DNA of 64,000 bases from Raillietiella orientalis. Its lineage: Eukaryota. A program made the translations under genes and the position numbers. The stretch is taken from the NCBI GenBank assembly GCA_036172245.1, contig JAYWIR010000031.1, positions 1,612,001-1,676,000 of the forward strand, written 5' to 3'. This document shows positions 22,142 through 34,500 of the stretch, piece after piece; position 1 is the stretch's first letter, and each line of letters starts with the position of its first letter. The notes below the pieces were generated by a model. The model ran no database searches. It was not told where the DNA came from and saw nothing but the letters and a program-made list of their open reading frames with translations.

Positions 22142-23869
22142 TTAAATACTATAACCAGTTTTAATTTGTTTAGCTTTAGACATCCCTCCCTCATCTGATT
22201 CTTCTGGAGATTTAGGGAAATGTCTTTTTGTTTCTTCCGTGACTTCTGATGATGAGCACTCCATGCTCTTGCTGCCCTTCAGCCAATTCTCCATGCAAGA
22301 CGATTGTTTAATTTGTCTACTTAAGTAAGAGTTTTCCAGAACCTCCATCTCTTAGTATTATCATTTAGCTATACCTTGGAGTAACACACTGAGGGCCATC
22401 ATGAGCAACAGAATTAACATATGTCGACACTGGTGTGCACTCCAAGCCAGTGGCACTCATATCCAGAAGTTGAAGCGCTTGTTTATAGGTTGTGTTACGA
22501 TCCAACCATGACTTGCAAATCTAGTTAAAACTTAGATCAAAATGTAATGCTCACCTTTAGAGATGATACATCATCTAATATTACTGGCATTCGTCCATGA
22601 ATATGTGCTAATTCAGGTGAACTTGTTTTAGTGATAATACTGAAGTTGAAAATTGAATCCTAGTTTTAGCAAAAAAAAAAAATATATTGATATAATAAAA
22701 AATCCAAACGCACTTTAGTTGCATGCCATTGGTCAAAAATTGCTGCCAACATAAGCAATTTTGGTCCTGTCCACAACTGCATAGAATCCCAGAAGCTGCT
22801 TCCAGTTTCCATATCTTCTTTACAGATTTCCCAACTATTGAACCCCTTTTTTTGGTAAAAATGAATAAAAAAGGGTTGCTTTTCTCTTCCTGATTTTTTC
22901 CATTCGTAAAAACCATCACAAATGACAATAGCTCGTTGGCCTTTAACAAATGGTTGACGAAACAGCTGCTTTTCAGTAAGAGATTCCATTCTACAATTGA
23001 AAGTACTCAGTCCATGCTGCAGTGGATGACCCTTAGTAGCAAAGCCAGCATAATTAATCCACTTTCATATTAATGCACCTTATGCCAGAATGGAATTAAA
23101 TTCCACAACATTGGAATCAAGCAAACATCAGCATCACTTATTGGAAGCTCGAGATTTTGTGGATTTACAAGAACTGGACAAACAGAATTAGGACTTATGT
23201 TGTAAGATGGTTTGTAGACCATGTTTAGCCCAAATTCTTCACATTTTGCACCATCAAAGTTTACTAACTCCGGAAGTGTATGCTTTTGGTCTGATTGGAG
23301 CAAACTACATGCTCGTTGTAAACAAAGTGGTCCCAAAGTGCTAATAACACAGTTGATGACATGAACGTTGTAACATACATGAAACATTATGCAATATTTA
23401 TAGAACATAAAATTTTGATAATCTGCATAGTGAAGCATTATTAGATAGTCATGCAATCAGCATGGAAGAACTGTATGGACATAAAAACCTTTAGAAATTT
23501 TTGATGATTAAAATAAGCATTTCAATAAACTATATTTTCTTATAATGCTCAGTTCTCAAATACTTCTCATTCGATGCAATCAGTAGGCATTTGGTAAAAT
23601 GAATGCTGATGCATAGGGAGTAAATAACATCACATACTTATATGAAACGACTGCCAAACAGTACTGTCATTTAAATACACTGATCAAATTTTTTGGCAAA
23701 AAGCAGATTACAATGCAGTCTCCAAACTGTGACAAAGCAGATGAATAGATCATTTTTAAAATTTATAAATGATATATTAATAAAATTCCCGATATTCAAG
23801 GATAAAAATTTTTCCGTGAACTCAAATTACTTAACTCTGAAACTCTTACCATGCCATTCTCCCACACAT
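22142..23869 (-). CDS. HMCES: Abasic-site processing protein HMCES (SRAP domain), 6 exons
   Basis: A 20-nt first exon 23869-23850 gives MCGRMAC (catalytic Cys2). Exon 23340-23079 (YKPSYNISP..MLWNLIPFW). Next exons give FNCRMES..FRQP..GQRAIVICDGFYEWKK..KQPFFI..LMLAAIFDQW, then FSIIT..AHIHGRMPVIL, then WL..PVSTYVNS..DGPQC. The last exon carries the PIP-like QSSCMENWL and the stop at 22142. Confidence 0.95.
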
Positions 23870-26126
23870 CTTTGATATTCAGTTCAAAGTGTACATTAAC
23901 AGAATTTATGTAATAAGTACTTTATGTAATAAGTAATAAAACATGAAAGAAACTATTTGACGTTGACAATTCTACATGATCTACTTACAAGCTTCTGATA
24001 TCTGGAAAATACCATTCATTACTGCAGAATTCTCACATATGTTGTAAAGAAATCACTTATTCAAAATCAACGCATAAATAATTACACGCTGCATTCATAC
24101 TTTACGTTTGAACATGGGAATTTTCATTTGGATACCTGCCTGAACAAAAGTAAAAACTGAAACTTGCGAGATTTTACGTATTTTTCTGAAAAAAGTGTTT
24201 TACATTGTTTCATAACATTGTGATTAATTGTGTGCTGAAAATTGGAACTTCATATTCTCGAATTTTTAAATCTCGAAGCCCTCAAGTGACTATGTCCACG
24301 GGCTGAGACAACAAAATCCTGATCAAAAACTTATTAGTTTTAGCACGGCTCCGGGAACTCGAAATTTTAAACCCAAACACCAAACTCTACAACTCACTTT
24401 CAACAATCCCGGGGATTTTCGAAATCTAAATATTGAAAAAACAGTGGTATCATTTTTTTCTCTCTAAAAAATCTATATTCAGTATCCATGATATTTACAT
24501 TATTCATACTATTTGAAAATAATCATTGTAGAAATAATATAAAATCCAGTTTATTACATTTCCATGAAATACAATTGTAGCTAACAATAATAACAATAAA
24601 TTCCAATCATTCATTCCAATAAATAATAAGAATTTCCTCACGAAAGAAAGAGATTAGTATCGTCCATTACATTTTAAGATTTATACAATAAACTAATCTT
24701 GATGAATTATAGAGGGCTTTATATATGTCATATATGCAATAAATTGACTCAAAATAAGGAAAATGCATTATCATACTCAAGAAAGAAATGGGCAACAAAC
24801 ATACTTTGAATTAAGGAAACCGAAATTTTCATTTTATTCTGTTTCATTTCCGATTTATTTTCGGTTTTTGTCACGAAATTCAGAATTTTTAAATGTCTAT
24901 TATGGTTTATCATTTTCTATCAGACATTTTGCGTTCTTATAAAAGCTGTATCTCAAGATTTAAAGTAAGGAGTGCATAACTTCTATACTTCAGGATCTAT
25001 GCAAAATTGTCTATAGAATTAGAATTGATTGATTCATGAATTATCGTTGGTTTCATTAGTTTGTTTACAAGAATATCTGTTTACGGCAGATAAATTATCA
25101 AGTCATGATGAGGGATCGTTTTAGTCTCATTATAATCATATACTAAAAATGGGATGAGTTATGTTTATATAATGTGCAGCAGATTCCCGAAATGTGCTAT
25201 AATAGATTTGGAGAAGATAAATTAAGGAATCTCAGCACGAAATAAAATTCGTAGACTTCTACATTTTTGAAGAAATACATACGATTGTCAGATCACGTGA
25301 TATCCCAAGGAAATACTTCTAACGAATTAGTACATGTAGTCACTGAGGTTTTTAGATTTCTTTGGAAAACAATCGATTAAAGGTAATTTCAAAGCTCATA
25401 GTCTCCATGATAGCCTGTGCATTGTATCACTAACAAAGAGTTTCTGTTTTCACTTCAAAGTATCCACAAATATGATTAATACGATGAAAGTTCAATAGAA
25501 ACAATATCAGAACCCACAGGGTAGTTGTAAGGGTAGAGAAGGAGAAATGTGCTCAAGGTAAAACTATGTACCTAAGAGCCTTTTTTTTTTTTATGGTCTT
25601 CTGACGTCTCGATACTCGCCACTTAGCAAATGTTAACACCGATGACCTTATTACAAATGAATTTTTCAGAGAAATATTATTAATTAAAAACGGAACTTCT
25701 ATAAACGTACATCGAAATCGAATAGACTTTTTTCTGCTTGTTTTTCCTATGACTTTTCCCCAAATGCATCCACAAGTTTATTGCTTATTTTGTAAACCTA
25801 ATGGTATTCATTAGTTTATGAATAACTGTAACGGGAGTGTTTAAAGCTAATATTATTCATTAGTTTTGCAAAATTACAGTTTTGCAAAATATTCATTTCA
25901 TCAGACTGTTTATCCATCTGTGGTAACTGTTACAATTATTGGATAGTGTTTTGGAATATTTGCTACGTTTTAGCACGTGCTCCGAAGCCAGAGCAGCTTA
26001 GGGGACTATGAAATTGTGATGCTGAAGCTGCCGATGTATAATCATCGTAAAAGAGTGAAAACCAAGTGCATTTGTACGTTTTCTAGAAATCACTGAGTTT
26101 TTAAAAAAGAATTGCTACCTAGTACA
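23870..26126. promoter_or_regulatory. AT-rich divergent (head-to-head) promoter region between HMCES and ATP13A1
   Basis: Lies between two outward-facing start codons and lacks long ORFs. Contains a palindromic E-box ATCACGTGAT (25292-25301), CRE-like TGACGTC (~25602) and a twice-repeated GTTTTAGCACG(T)GCTCCG. Function is inferred from position only. Confidence 0.5.
24079..24159 (+). repeat. 81-bp dispersed direct repeat, copy 2
   Basis: Matches 18849-18929 with about five substitutions. Confidence 0.85.
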
Positions 26127-29100
26127 ATGTTTATATCATCCGGTGGAGATGATTTGGTTGATTCGGTAACATTATATGTACCGCTGCACTGGGTTTATCA
26201 TGGATATTTTTTCCCATTTCTTATTCTATATGCAATCCATATGTATTTGTGGATATTTATATATGGGCCAACATTGCATATTGAAGCAGGCGTGATTGCA
26301 TTATCCATCATTGGCTTGATTCAAATTTTAACTTCTCTCTCGTGTCTTTGGTCTGTCCGAATAAGATGCCTGTTGACTTGCAAAAAGGTAAATAAAAGAC
26401 GAGCATTTCCCAGAATATTTATAGAATACTTCGGTATCCAAATTCAAGAATGAATTTTATGAATTTGTTTCTAATATGTAGTAGAAACATGAGAGTAATT
26501 GTTTGAGAAAAAACGAATCGGAATGTTAATTCTTGAATAGATTGTTGCATCTCAAAAATAATAACATTGCATCAAACAGTTATTGTGCGGCAAGAAGTTG
26601 TTCATGTAGGAACACGAGAAATTCTTGCTTTTGATAAATGTTATTATTCAACTCTGTAAAATGAAATACATAGTGTTATCTCTCTGTAATCAACTACCGT
26701 ATAGCATTTAATTAATTTTTGCATCCTAGGCAAAAAATATTTTTGCTGCAGAAGTAGTAGAAGTTAATCCAACTCCTAATAATGGTTGGTCTGAATTAGT
26801 AACCTTGAGGAAAGATTTTGTGAGATTTTCATGTTTAAATACCAAACACTAATGTAAATTTCTTCAAGGATGAAAAAGGAAATATTTGTACTTTGTGGTT
26901 TGAATTTCAGAAGACAAAGTACAGCTTAAATGTCTCAGAAAAAAAAGGTTTTGAGAAGTTATCTTTTCCCATAAATAAATCATTAAAGGACTATATGAAT
27001 GCTAAGGGCTTCCAAGAAGATTCAGAGATACAGTGTATGCAGAAAATATATGGAGAAAATAAGTATTCTGTAATAAGTAGTGTAATTAGATTGTTGAAAT
27101 TATTTATCTAGGATGGACATGGTGATTCCCGAATTTTCAGAATTATTTCTGGAAAGAGCTACTGCACCTTTTTTTGTTTTTCAAGTAAGTTAATTTTAGG
27201 TAATATTACTACTAATTTTTACAGGTTTTCTGTGTTGCACTGTGGTGTTTGGAGGAATATTGGTACTATTCAGTGTTCACTCTACTCATGTTGATCATGT
27301 TTGAATACACTCTGGTGCAGCAACAGCTGCGAAATATGTCTGAAATACGGAAAATGGGCAATAAGTCCTATCAGATACAGGTAAACGGGTTGTGTTGCAT
27401 CTTTTTTTGTAAAAGAGATCTAGGTGTATCGAAATCGAAAATGGCGTCCTTTGCCAAGCAACCAGTTGCTTCCTGGAGATGTTGTGTCTATTGGGCGGAT
27501 GATGGAGCATATGGTTCCCTGTGACCTCCTCCTTTTGCGAGGACCATGCATTGTTGATGAGAGCATGCTTACAGGAGAATCAGTTCCTCAACCAAAAGAA
27601 CCTCTAGAGAGCTTGAGCGAAGATAGGAATTTGGATTTGGAACAAGATGGTCATTTTCATGTTCTATATGGAGGAACACGAGTTGTGCAACATAATCCTC
27701 CTTCTAAAGGATCAGGAGGTTTAAGACCACCTGACAATGGTTGTGTGGCCTATGTGCTGCGCACTGGATTCAGCACATCTCAAGGTCGATTGTTGCGCAC
27801 CATTTTGTTTGGTGTTAAAAGAGTCACAGCCAATAACTTGGAGACATTTGCATTTATTTTATTTCTGTTGATATTTGCTGTGATGGCTGCAGGTTATGTA
27901 TGGATGCAAGGCTGTCAGGACCCTCGAAGAAATCGTTATAAATTGTTTGTGGAGTGTTCCTTGATTCTGACTTCTGTAGTGCCACCTGAATTACCCATAG
28001 AACTTTCTTTGGCAGTTAATCAATCCCTTGTATCTCTTATGAAATTGGGTAGGTAACATCAAGGATCAAGTCCATTTTACTAAATACTGCCATAGCAATT
28101 TTCTGTACAGAACCATTTCGTATTCCTTTTGCTGGAAAAGTAGACATTTGCTGCTTTGATAAGACAGGCACATTAACTAGTGATGAACTTCTGGTGGAAG
28201 GAGTTGCAGGACTTCGTGAAGCTGGGCAATTACTGCAGCCTGCAGAAGTGCCTTTTGATACAGTTCAGGTGCTGGCAGCTTGCCATTCTCTTGTTCAGCT
28301 GGATGATGGATTAGTAGGGGACCCATTGGAAAAAGCCATGTTACATTCTGTTGGGTGGAGTCTAAGTAAAGGTGAGCAGTGCCAAGTCATGTTCATGTCT
28401 GTTCATGCAAACATGTAGCTGATATTGTTAAATCCCACAAAGCTGGACATCATTCCCTGAAAATATGCCATCGTTTCCATTTTTCATCTACATTAAAAAG
28501 GATGTCTGTTGTTGCTTCTGTGATGGATGGCAGTCCCTCTCCTAACATGCAATATGTGGCATTGCTGAAAGGTGCTCCTGAGACCTTGCACACTATGGTG
28601 AGCAACCACCTGGTGTCACCAACAAATGTAATATTTCAGTTTTCAGCTCTCTCAAACGTCTGCTAATTTCCTCCAAGAGTATCAACAGTTTGCTCATCGA
28701 GGTGCTCGTGTGTTGGCTCTTGGCTGGAAGAACTTGGGTTGTTTGAGTCCCCAGGAGGTGCGTGAATTAACTCGAGTTGAAGTAGAAAATGATATGAAAT
28801 TTGCTGGCTTTGTGGTGCTTTCTTGCCCTGTGAAGGTGGATTCAAAGATGGTGATCAAGGAGCTACGTCATTCATCACATGAGGTGACCCTGATTAGTCT
28901 CTGTAGTCATTAAATTTCTTGGTAGATTAATATGATAACTGGAGATAGTCCTCTAACTGCTTGTCATGTGGCTAGGGAGCTTAGCCTTTTGAAACAACCA
29001 GTGACTCTGATGCTCATTTCCAAACTGTCACAAAAACCTAGTTGGGTGTGGAGTAGTCTTGATGAAGCTGTGCAGCTACCTTTTACCGAGTCAGTTAAAC

Positions 29101-30536
29101 AGCTCTTGCAGTATGAACTTTGCTTAACTGGGGAGGTAGAATGAACACTAATCCTCTTGATAACCTCTGTTGAGGATTCTGCAGGGTCTGAATTTCTTAT
29201 CCGTACATCCATCTATTCTGCATGCTATTCTTCCTCTTGTGAGGGTGTTTGCTCGTGTAGGACCCAAACAGAAAGAACAGATTGTGAATCTCCTACGTGG
29301 ACTAGGGTATACTTTGTTGATGTGTGGAGATGGTACCAATGATGTTGGTGCCCTTCGTCATGCTGACATAGGTGAGCTGCTTAAGGAATTTAGTGTTTAG
29401 TGTAATCATATTTTAGGAGTAGCAATTGTTTCACATGGAACCCCTAGTAAAACCGAATCTACTGGTCTTGGAAATGAAGAAGGAAAGATGGAAAATCGCA
29501 TTCGTTATGGCCGCAGACCACTTAGCAGGGCAACAACAAAAGCACAAGTAGATCAGTTTATAATTTTAATATATCAAATTTAGATATAATGTAGGTCCAT
29601 TTGCAGAAGATGATTCAGGAGTTGGAGATGCAGGAAGCTGCTCAAGTTGTCAAACTGGGTGATGCCAGCATTGCAGCTCCCTTCACTTCCAAACTCCCTT
29701 CTCCTCAGAGTGGTAAGAGTTAAAGATTCATCGTAACATGTCAGTTTGTCCAGTATGCCATGTCATTAAACAGGGTCGCTGCACTCTTGTTACCACTCTG
29801 CAGATGTTCAAGATCCTCGCATTAAATGCTCTTATCTTAGCCTACTGTCAGTCAGTACTGTATATTGATGGAGTCCGATTTGGAGATGTCCAAGCAACAC
29901 TCCAGGGAGTGTTAATGGCTGCTTGCTTCCTATTTGTATCTCGTTCCAAGCCACTCCATGTTTTGTCCAAGCAGAGGCCTCTGCCTACCATCTTCAATCC
30001 ATATACTTTGTTCACAGTCTTGTTGCAGTTTGCAGTGCACTTTATTTGTTTAATATTATTGGTGCAACAGGCCACTTCAATAGCAGCATCTCCTCTGCCT
30101 GAACCTGATCAGCCCTTTCAACCTAACCTCTTAAATAGTACAGTGTACGTTGTATGCCTGTCACTTCAATTAGCCACTTTTGCCATTAACTATCGGGTAG
30201 GTTTGAAACTTTGATATGTTCAAATCTTCCCTCAGGGACATCCCTACATGGAAAGCATGTGGGAAAATCGTGCTTTAATGTACAGTTTGGTAATCTCCGC
30301 CATTGGGATTCTAATCCTCATCTTACAACCTTTACCAGATTTGGTACAACAACTGAAAGTGGTTCCGTTTCCATCAGAGGTGATAAAAATTGCTTGGTTG
30401 CCATTAACCTGCCTTCCAGTTACAAATATCACTAGTCATAATGCTTACAGCAGATATGGTATTAGCTTGGATGGTAGACAGGATTCTTTTAAGGTTGCTT
30501 GGGGAAGGCCAGCTTCCGAAAAGTTTACTGAGATAA
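26127..30536 (+). CDS. ATP13A1: P5A-type ATPase / ER transmembrane-helix dislocase (ATP13A1/Spf1/CATP-8), about 16 exons
   Basis: Motifs in order: [71 protein letters not shown] (P5A signature), [20 protein letters not shown] (phosphorylation site), [87 protein letters not shown]. The last exon 30420-30536 ends ..PKSLLR*. Introns are mostly ~40-50 nt GT-AG. Confidence 0.97.
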
Positions 30537-30583
30537 CAAAATTTGCATTCCAATTAAATAATTTATTCTTTAATGTACGGACA

Positions 30584-31574
30584 TCATCTTAACCAAATGA
30601 ATGCTCCGAGTACAAGTAGTACAATAAAAGCAGCTGCAAATTTTGCAAATGTACTGCGTAAATTCAAATACCGTGCTTCTTTCTTATATTTATGTGATAA
30701 TAAAGATAAACCTTGTGCTTTACCTTCTAGTTCTGTAAATCTTGATAAGTGGAAAACTATTTTGTGTAAATCCAGACATACCTGATAAAGCAGTTCCTCT
30801 TTTGAGGACATCATCAATGTTATCCATCATTATACGCTGCACATCCTGTAACTCTGTATTTAGTGTTGACAACTTTATCCTAGCTCTTGAGTCCATAAAG
30901 GTTTTGCGAGTCCTTTGAATGTAAGCATCTATGAGATAGATGTTGAAGCAGTTACAAATTAATAGATGCTTACCGAATTCCATAAAGGGGTAGGGTCTGT
31001 TAACACGTTGCACACGATTTCCATATGTTAAACGGAATTCATTAGCCAAATCTTCAAGATACGAAAACGCCAAGTTTTTGGAATATGTTTTGTCACAAAG
31101 GGTTAGAAAACAAACTCCCTCATCTATTAAACAGCTAAGACAAAAAATTTTGCAAAGTCTCTGCGACATCTTACTGAAAATAATATGGACCAGTTTCTAT
31201 TGTACATTTCGGAGCGCACTCTGCTGAAAGTTTTTTGAAAAGGGCTTTCGCCTGGTTATGGTACTGTGTATATTTTCCAGGCTAAAAACGAAAGCAACCA
31301 CATTTAACACTATTCTCCTTAGCATGATGAAATAATTCTGCCTCCAATCAACATAAACAATTTTTATGTAACATTCTCAAATATACTGTTTCTAAAATTA
31401 CAAAACTTTAATCAATATCAGACTAATCTTTCAAGGGTAATTAATAGTAAAAGAAATTTTGGATTTTTAAATCCCAATAAAATTGCCTTTGCTTCATACC
31501 TGTTCATCAGTTACCAACGAAGCTACTAAGGGCATTCCATCACCAAGTCTACCAACGATTGTAGTTAATACCAT
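30584..31574 (-). CDS. SEC22B: Vesicle-trafficking longin R-SNARE SEC22b, 5 exons
   Basis: Exon 31574-31500 MVLTTIVGRLGDGMPLVAS, then QAKALFKKL..CTIETGPYYFH, then LAFSYLEDLANEF..RPYPFMEF, then LNTELQDVQRIMMDNIDDVLKRGTALS (R-SNARE motif), then KYKKEARYLN and a C-terminal TM anchor ending FIWLR*. Confidence 0.96.
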
Positions 31575-34500
31575 TCTTTCAACTATTAACAACCAACTGT
31601 TTCATCTTAGGTGCCGAAATATGTGGCACAATCTCAATCTTGAAACAGAATTGCCAGCTGAAAGATTATGTAAGGTTCAGTTTGCGTTCTTGAAATAGAA
31701 AAAAAACACATTTTGAAAATGTAGTTAAAAAAATTCCCTCTACTAAACCTGTAGAAATTATACACAGCTAAACATGATTTCATCATGCTTCATTTTTGTT
31801 GAACAGTTTTTTCAAATTAAATCATCTGGATTAAATTTTTTAAATACTTTGTAACCTATTATTTGACATTTAATCCACAAAGTATTGTTGCTGCTTAAAA
31901 AGGAAAAGAGAGCTGTTCAGAATATCAGAATCAATTTAATCTTACTTTAAATTTCAGTATTGACAGAATTTTGAATGAAATTAATTTCGTCAGGAAGAAG
32001 ATGAAAATATTTGGAAATAAAACGAAATGGTTTCCTGTTATGCAGCTGATTTCAACACTAATGGCTACTGCAATCAGATTCTTGTTAGATGAAAAACATT
32101 TTCAAATTCACTCGGAGATGTATTTTCTCTTACTCCAAACTTCATCAATTAAAGTAAAGAAACTTCGTTAATTAATTAAAGTTAATTCATTACAATCAAT
32201 TACATTTAAACGAATGTGGAAAACTGAAATACTTTCCGATTCTACTAGGCACTTTTATTTTCATGATGCAAAATCAAATTAACGTACAGGGTTTCATTTA
32301 TTATGTGGCCACTGTTTTGTGGATCTATTTACATTTCCTGACATTAATATACGTGTAATCACCGATTGTTGTTTTATTGATGCTGGATTGTTACATCTAT
32401 ATTTTTTGTTGTGAAGTCAACTTCTAAGGCTTGAAAAATAATATCTACCTGAGAAATACAAAAAAACATAGTGGTTTTGTGGATAGCTAATAACTAGGGA
32501 ATAAGTTTCCACTTAGATAGATATTGAAAACTAATTAATTTAGGAAGCTGATTTTCCCCATTATTTGTTTTTTGAAACATTTCGCAGTATGGAATAAGGA
32601 CACAAATTTGTAACAAAGTTGGTCACAATAAAATGTATAAGAATTTCCATAGGAGAAGAAAAATAGAAACAGCTCATTAGGAAACGTGGGAATAAATATT
32701 AATTTATAAAAGTTGGTCAGCATTTCATTTAACCACTTGCTCACAGTTAGATCATTTGAGAACGTCTGAAAATCTAGGTGCCTCTGGAAAACTGTGTGGT
32801 GATTAAAGAAAATTGAGATTCGGATGAAAGGATATTCTAGCCAATACTACCGGCATTGAATGGTAAAGAAAGAGGTCATGTTAACGAGAATAGGGTACAG
32901 TGAACATAAAATCATACAGGTGCAAATGAACACGCTAGCCTTAATATCATGAAAATGTTAACAGAAAATACATGATGATACTCACGGAACAGATCATGAA
33001 ATTCAAAAATAAGAATTAAAAGTTTCATACATTATGAAGAGGAAAAATTGATTGATATCCACTATAGAAATAAAAATTACAATGAATTCGAGAAAGTGAC
33101 ATTTGCAAGCCAGAAGAACTTCGCGCAATTTTTTTTTAATCGTAAAAGGTCAAAACCATTACTAAGAAGATTATGAACAGATCCTAAATATTGCTGGTGC
33201 CTCAGTAAGCTAGATTTTAAAGTGTGTGTGAGTATTCTCCAATGTTGCCATAGAAAACGAGAGAAACATCTGGCAGAATCGCCAACTTTTATTGTATGGT
33301 GCACGCTCGTGTGTGTTGACGATTCTTGACATCGATTTTAAATATCCTTCCAATACTGCGTATCTGTCCAGAAAGATCAACTCGAATTTCGAAAACATCC
33401 CCTTACTAATAGACAGAAGCTTCACAAGACATTCCTCAAATGGCAAGCTGCTTTACACATAGCTCAACTAATCCTTCAGATGCCGTTTCAAAACTACAGA
33501 CACCTCGGTTTCTATATCTCTTTCCGAACTGTGACAGACGTGAAGTTCAATGCCAAACTAATGTGGCTTCTATGGTATTAGCTTGGATGAAGGGTCCACT
33601 CTTGATGTGGATTAACGAATATCCTTTTTAGCTTCAGTCGAATTGCCATTTTGGTTGCACAAGGCTAGGAAGGAAGTGGCTTGAGGTGACTGATTTTGTT
33701 TCTTTGACCTCCTCGCACCTTGTCTTTTCCTTAATGGCATTTGCAGAAATAAAACGATCTCGGTAAAATTGCTTCCTGAATTTCTTCGCCGAATTCTTAG
33801 TTCCGTGTCACAAAATTAAATCAGTTGGCTTAAGATTGGACCGATGCTTGCACGAGTCGATATCCGACACACAGAGGCATTTACGTCAACCGTCTCGAAG
33901 TTCTGATCATAGTTAGGGGTCTTCCATGCGGAATATCGGAATGCTTCGATAAGTGCAGTTATATAGTAGAATAACTAAAACAGAGAAGGGGAAATTCAAT
34001 TCCAACTGTAAGCTGATTCTGAGAAATCACGCGATATTAGTTTTTTCTCCATGCCATATTATCCTATAATAACCTTGAAGGATTGAAGAAAGGAATTCGA
34101 GGAATTCTCACCCATCATGAATTGTAGTGAATCATTTCATTTCTAATATATTGGAAGACGTGTTATGTTTTCTAATGTGCCATCATGCGATGCGATATAT
34201 GCGATGTAACATCTTCGTTCACGTGCTTCTAAACCGAAGTTCCTATTAGATCATCTAAGTTTGATCAATGACACCCAGATACCTATGAAGCATTTTCATG
34301 CCACGTTCATCGGTCATTACTGAACAATAAAAGCATGTTCCAGATTGGTATGCAGTTGAAGGTAAAGGAAGACGCGGGCTTCAGGTGCTTGACCAGAGGT
34401 AATTTTTCAAAACTGGAAGTCCAGAATCTTTCCAAAAGATTTTGTCAAAGGTTTTGTTGCGTGATCCCTGAGATGCGCAGCTCATTGCTCAGAGGAAGGG

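Noticed and set aside
33077..33640. Short minus-strand ORFs that could be a transposase or gene remnant
   Set aside because: No motif recognised and multiple stops.
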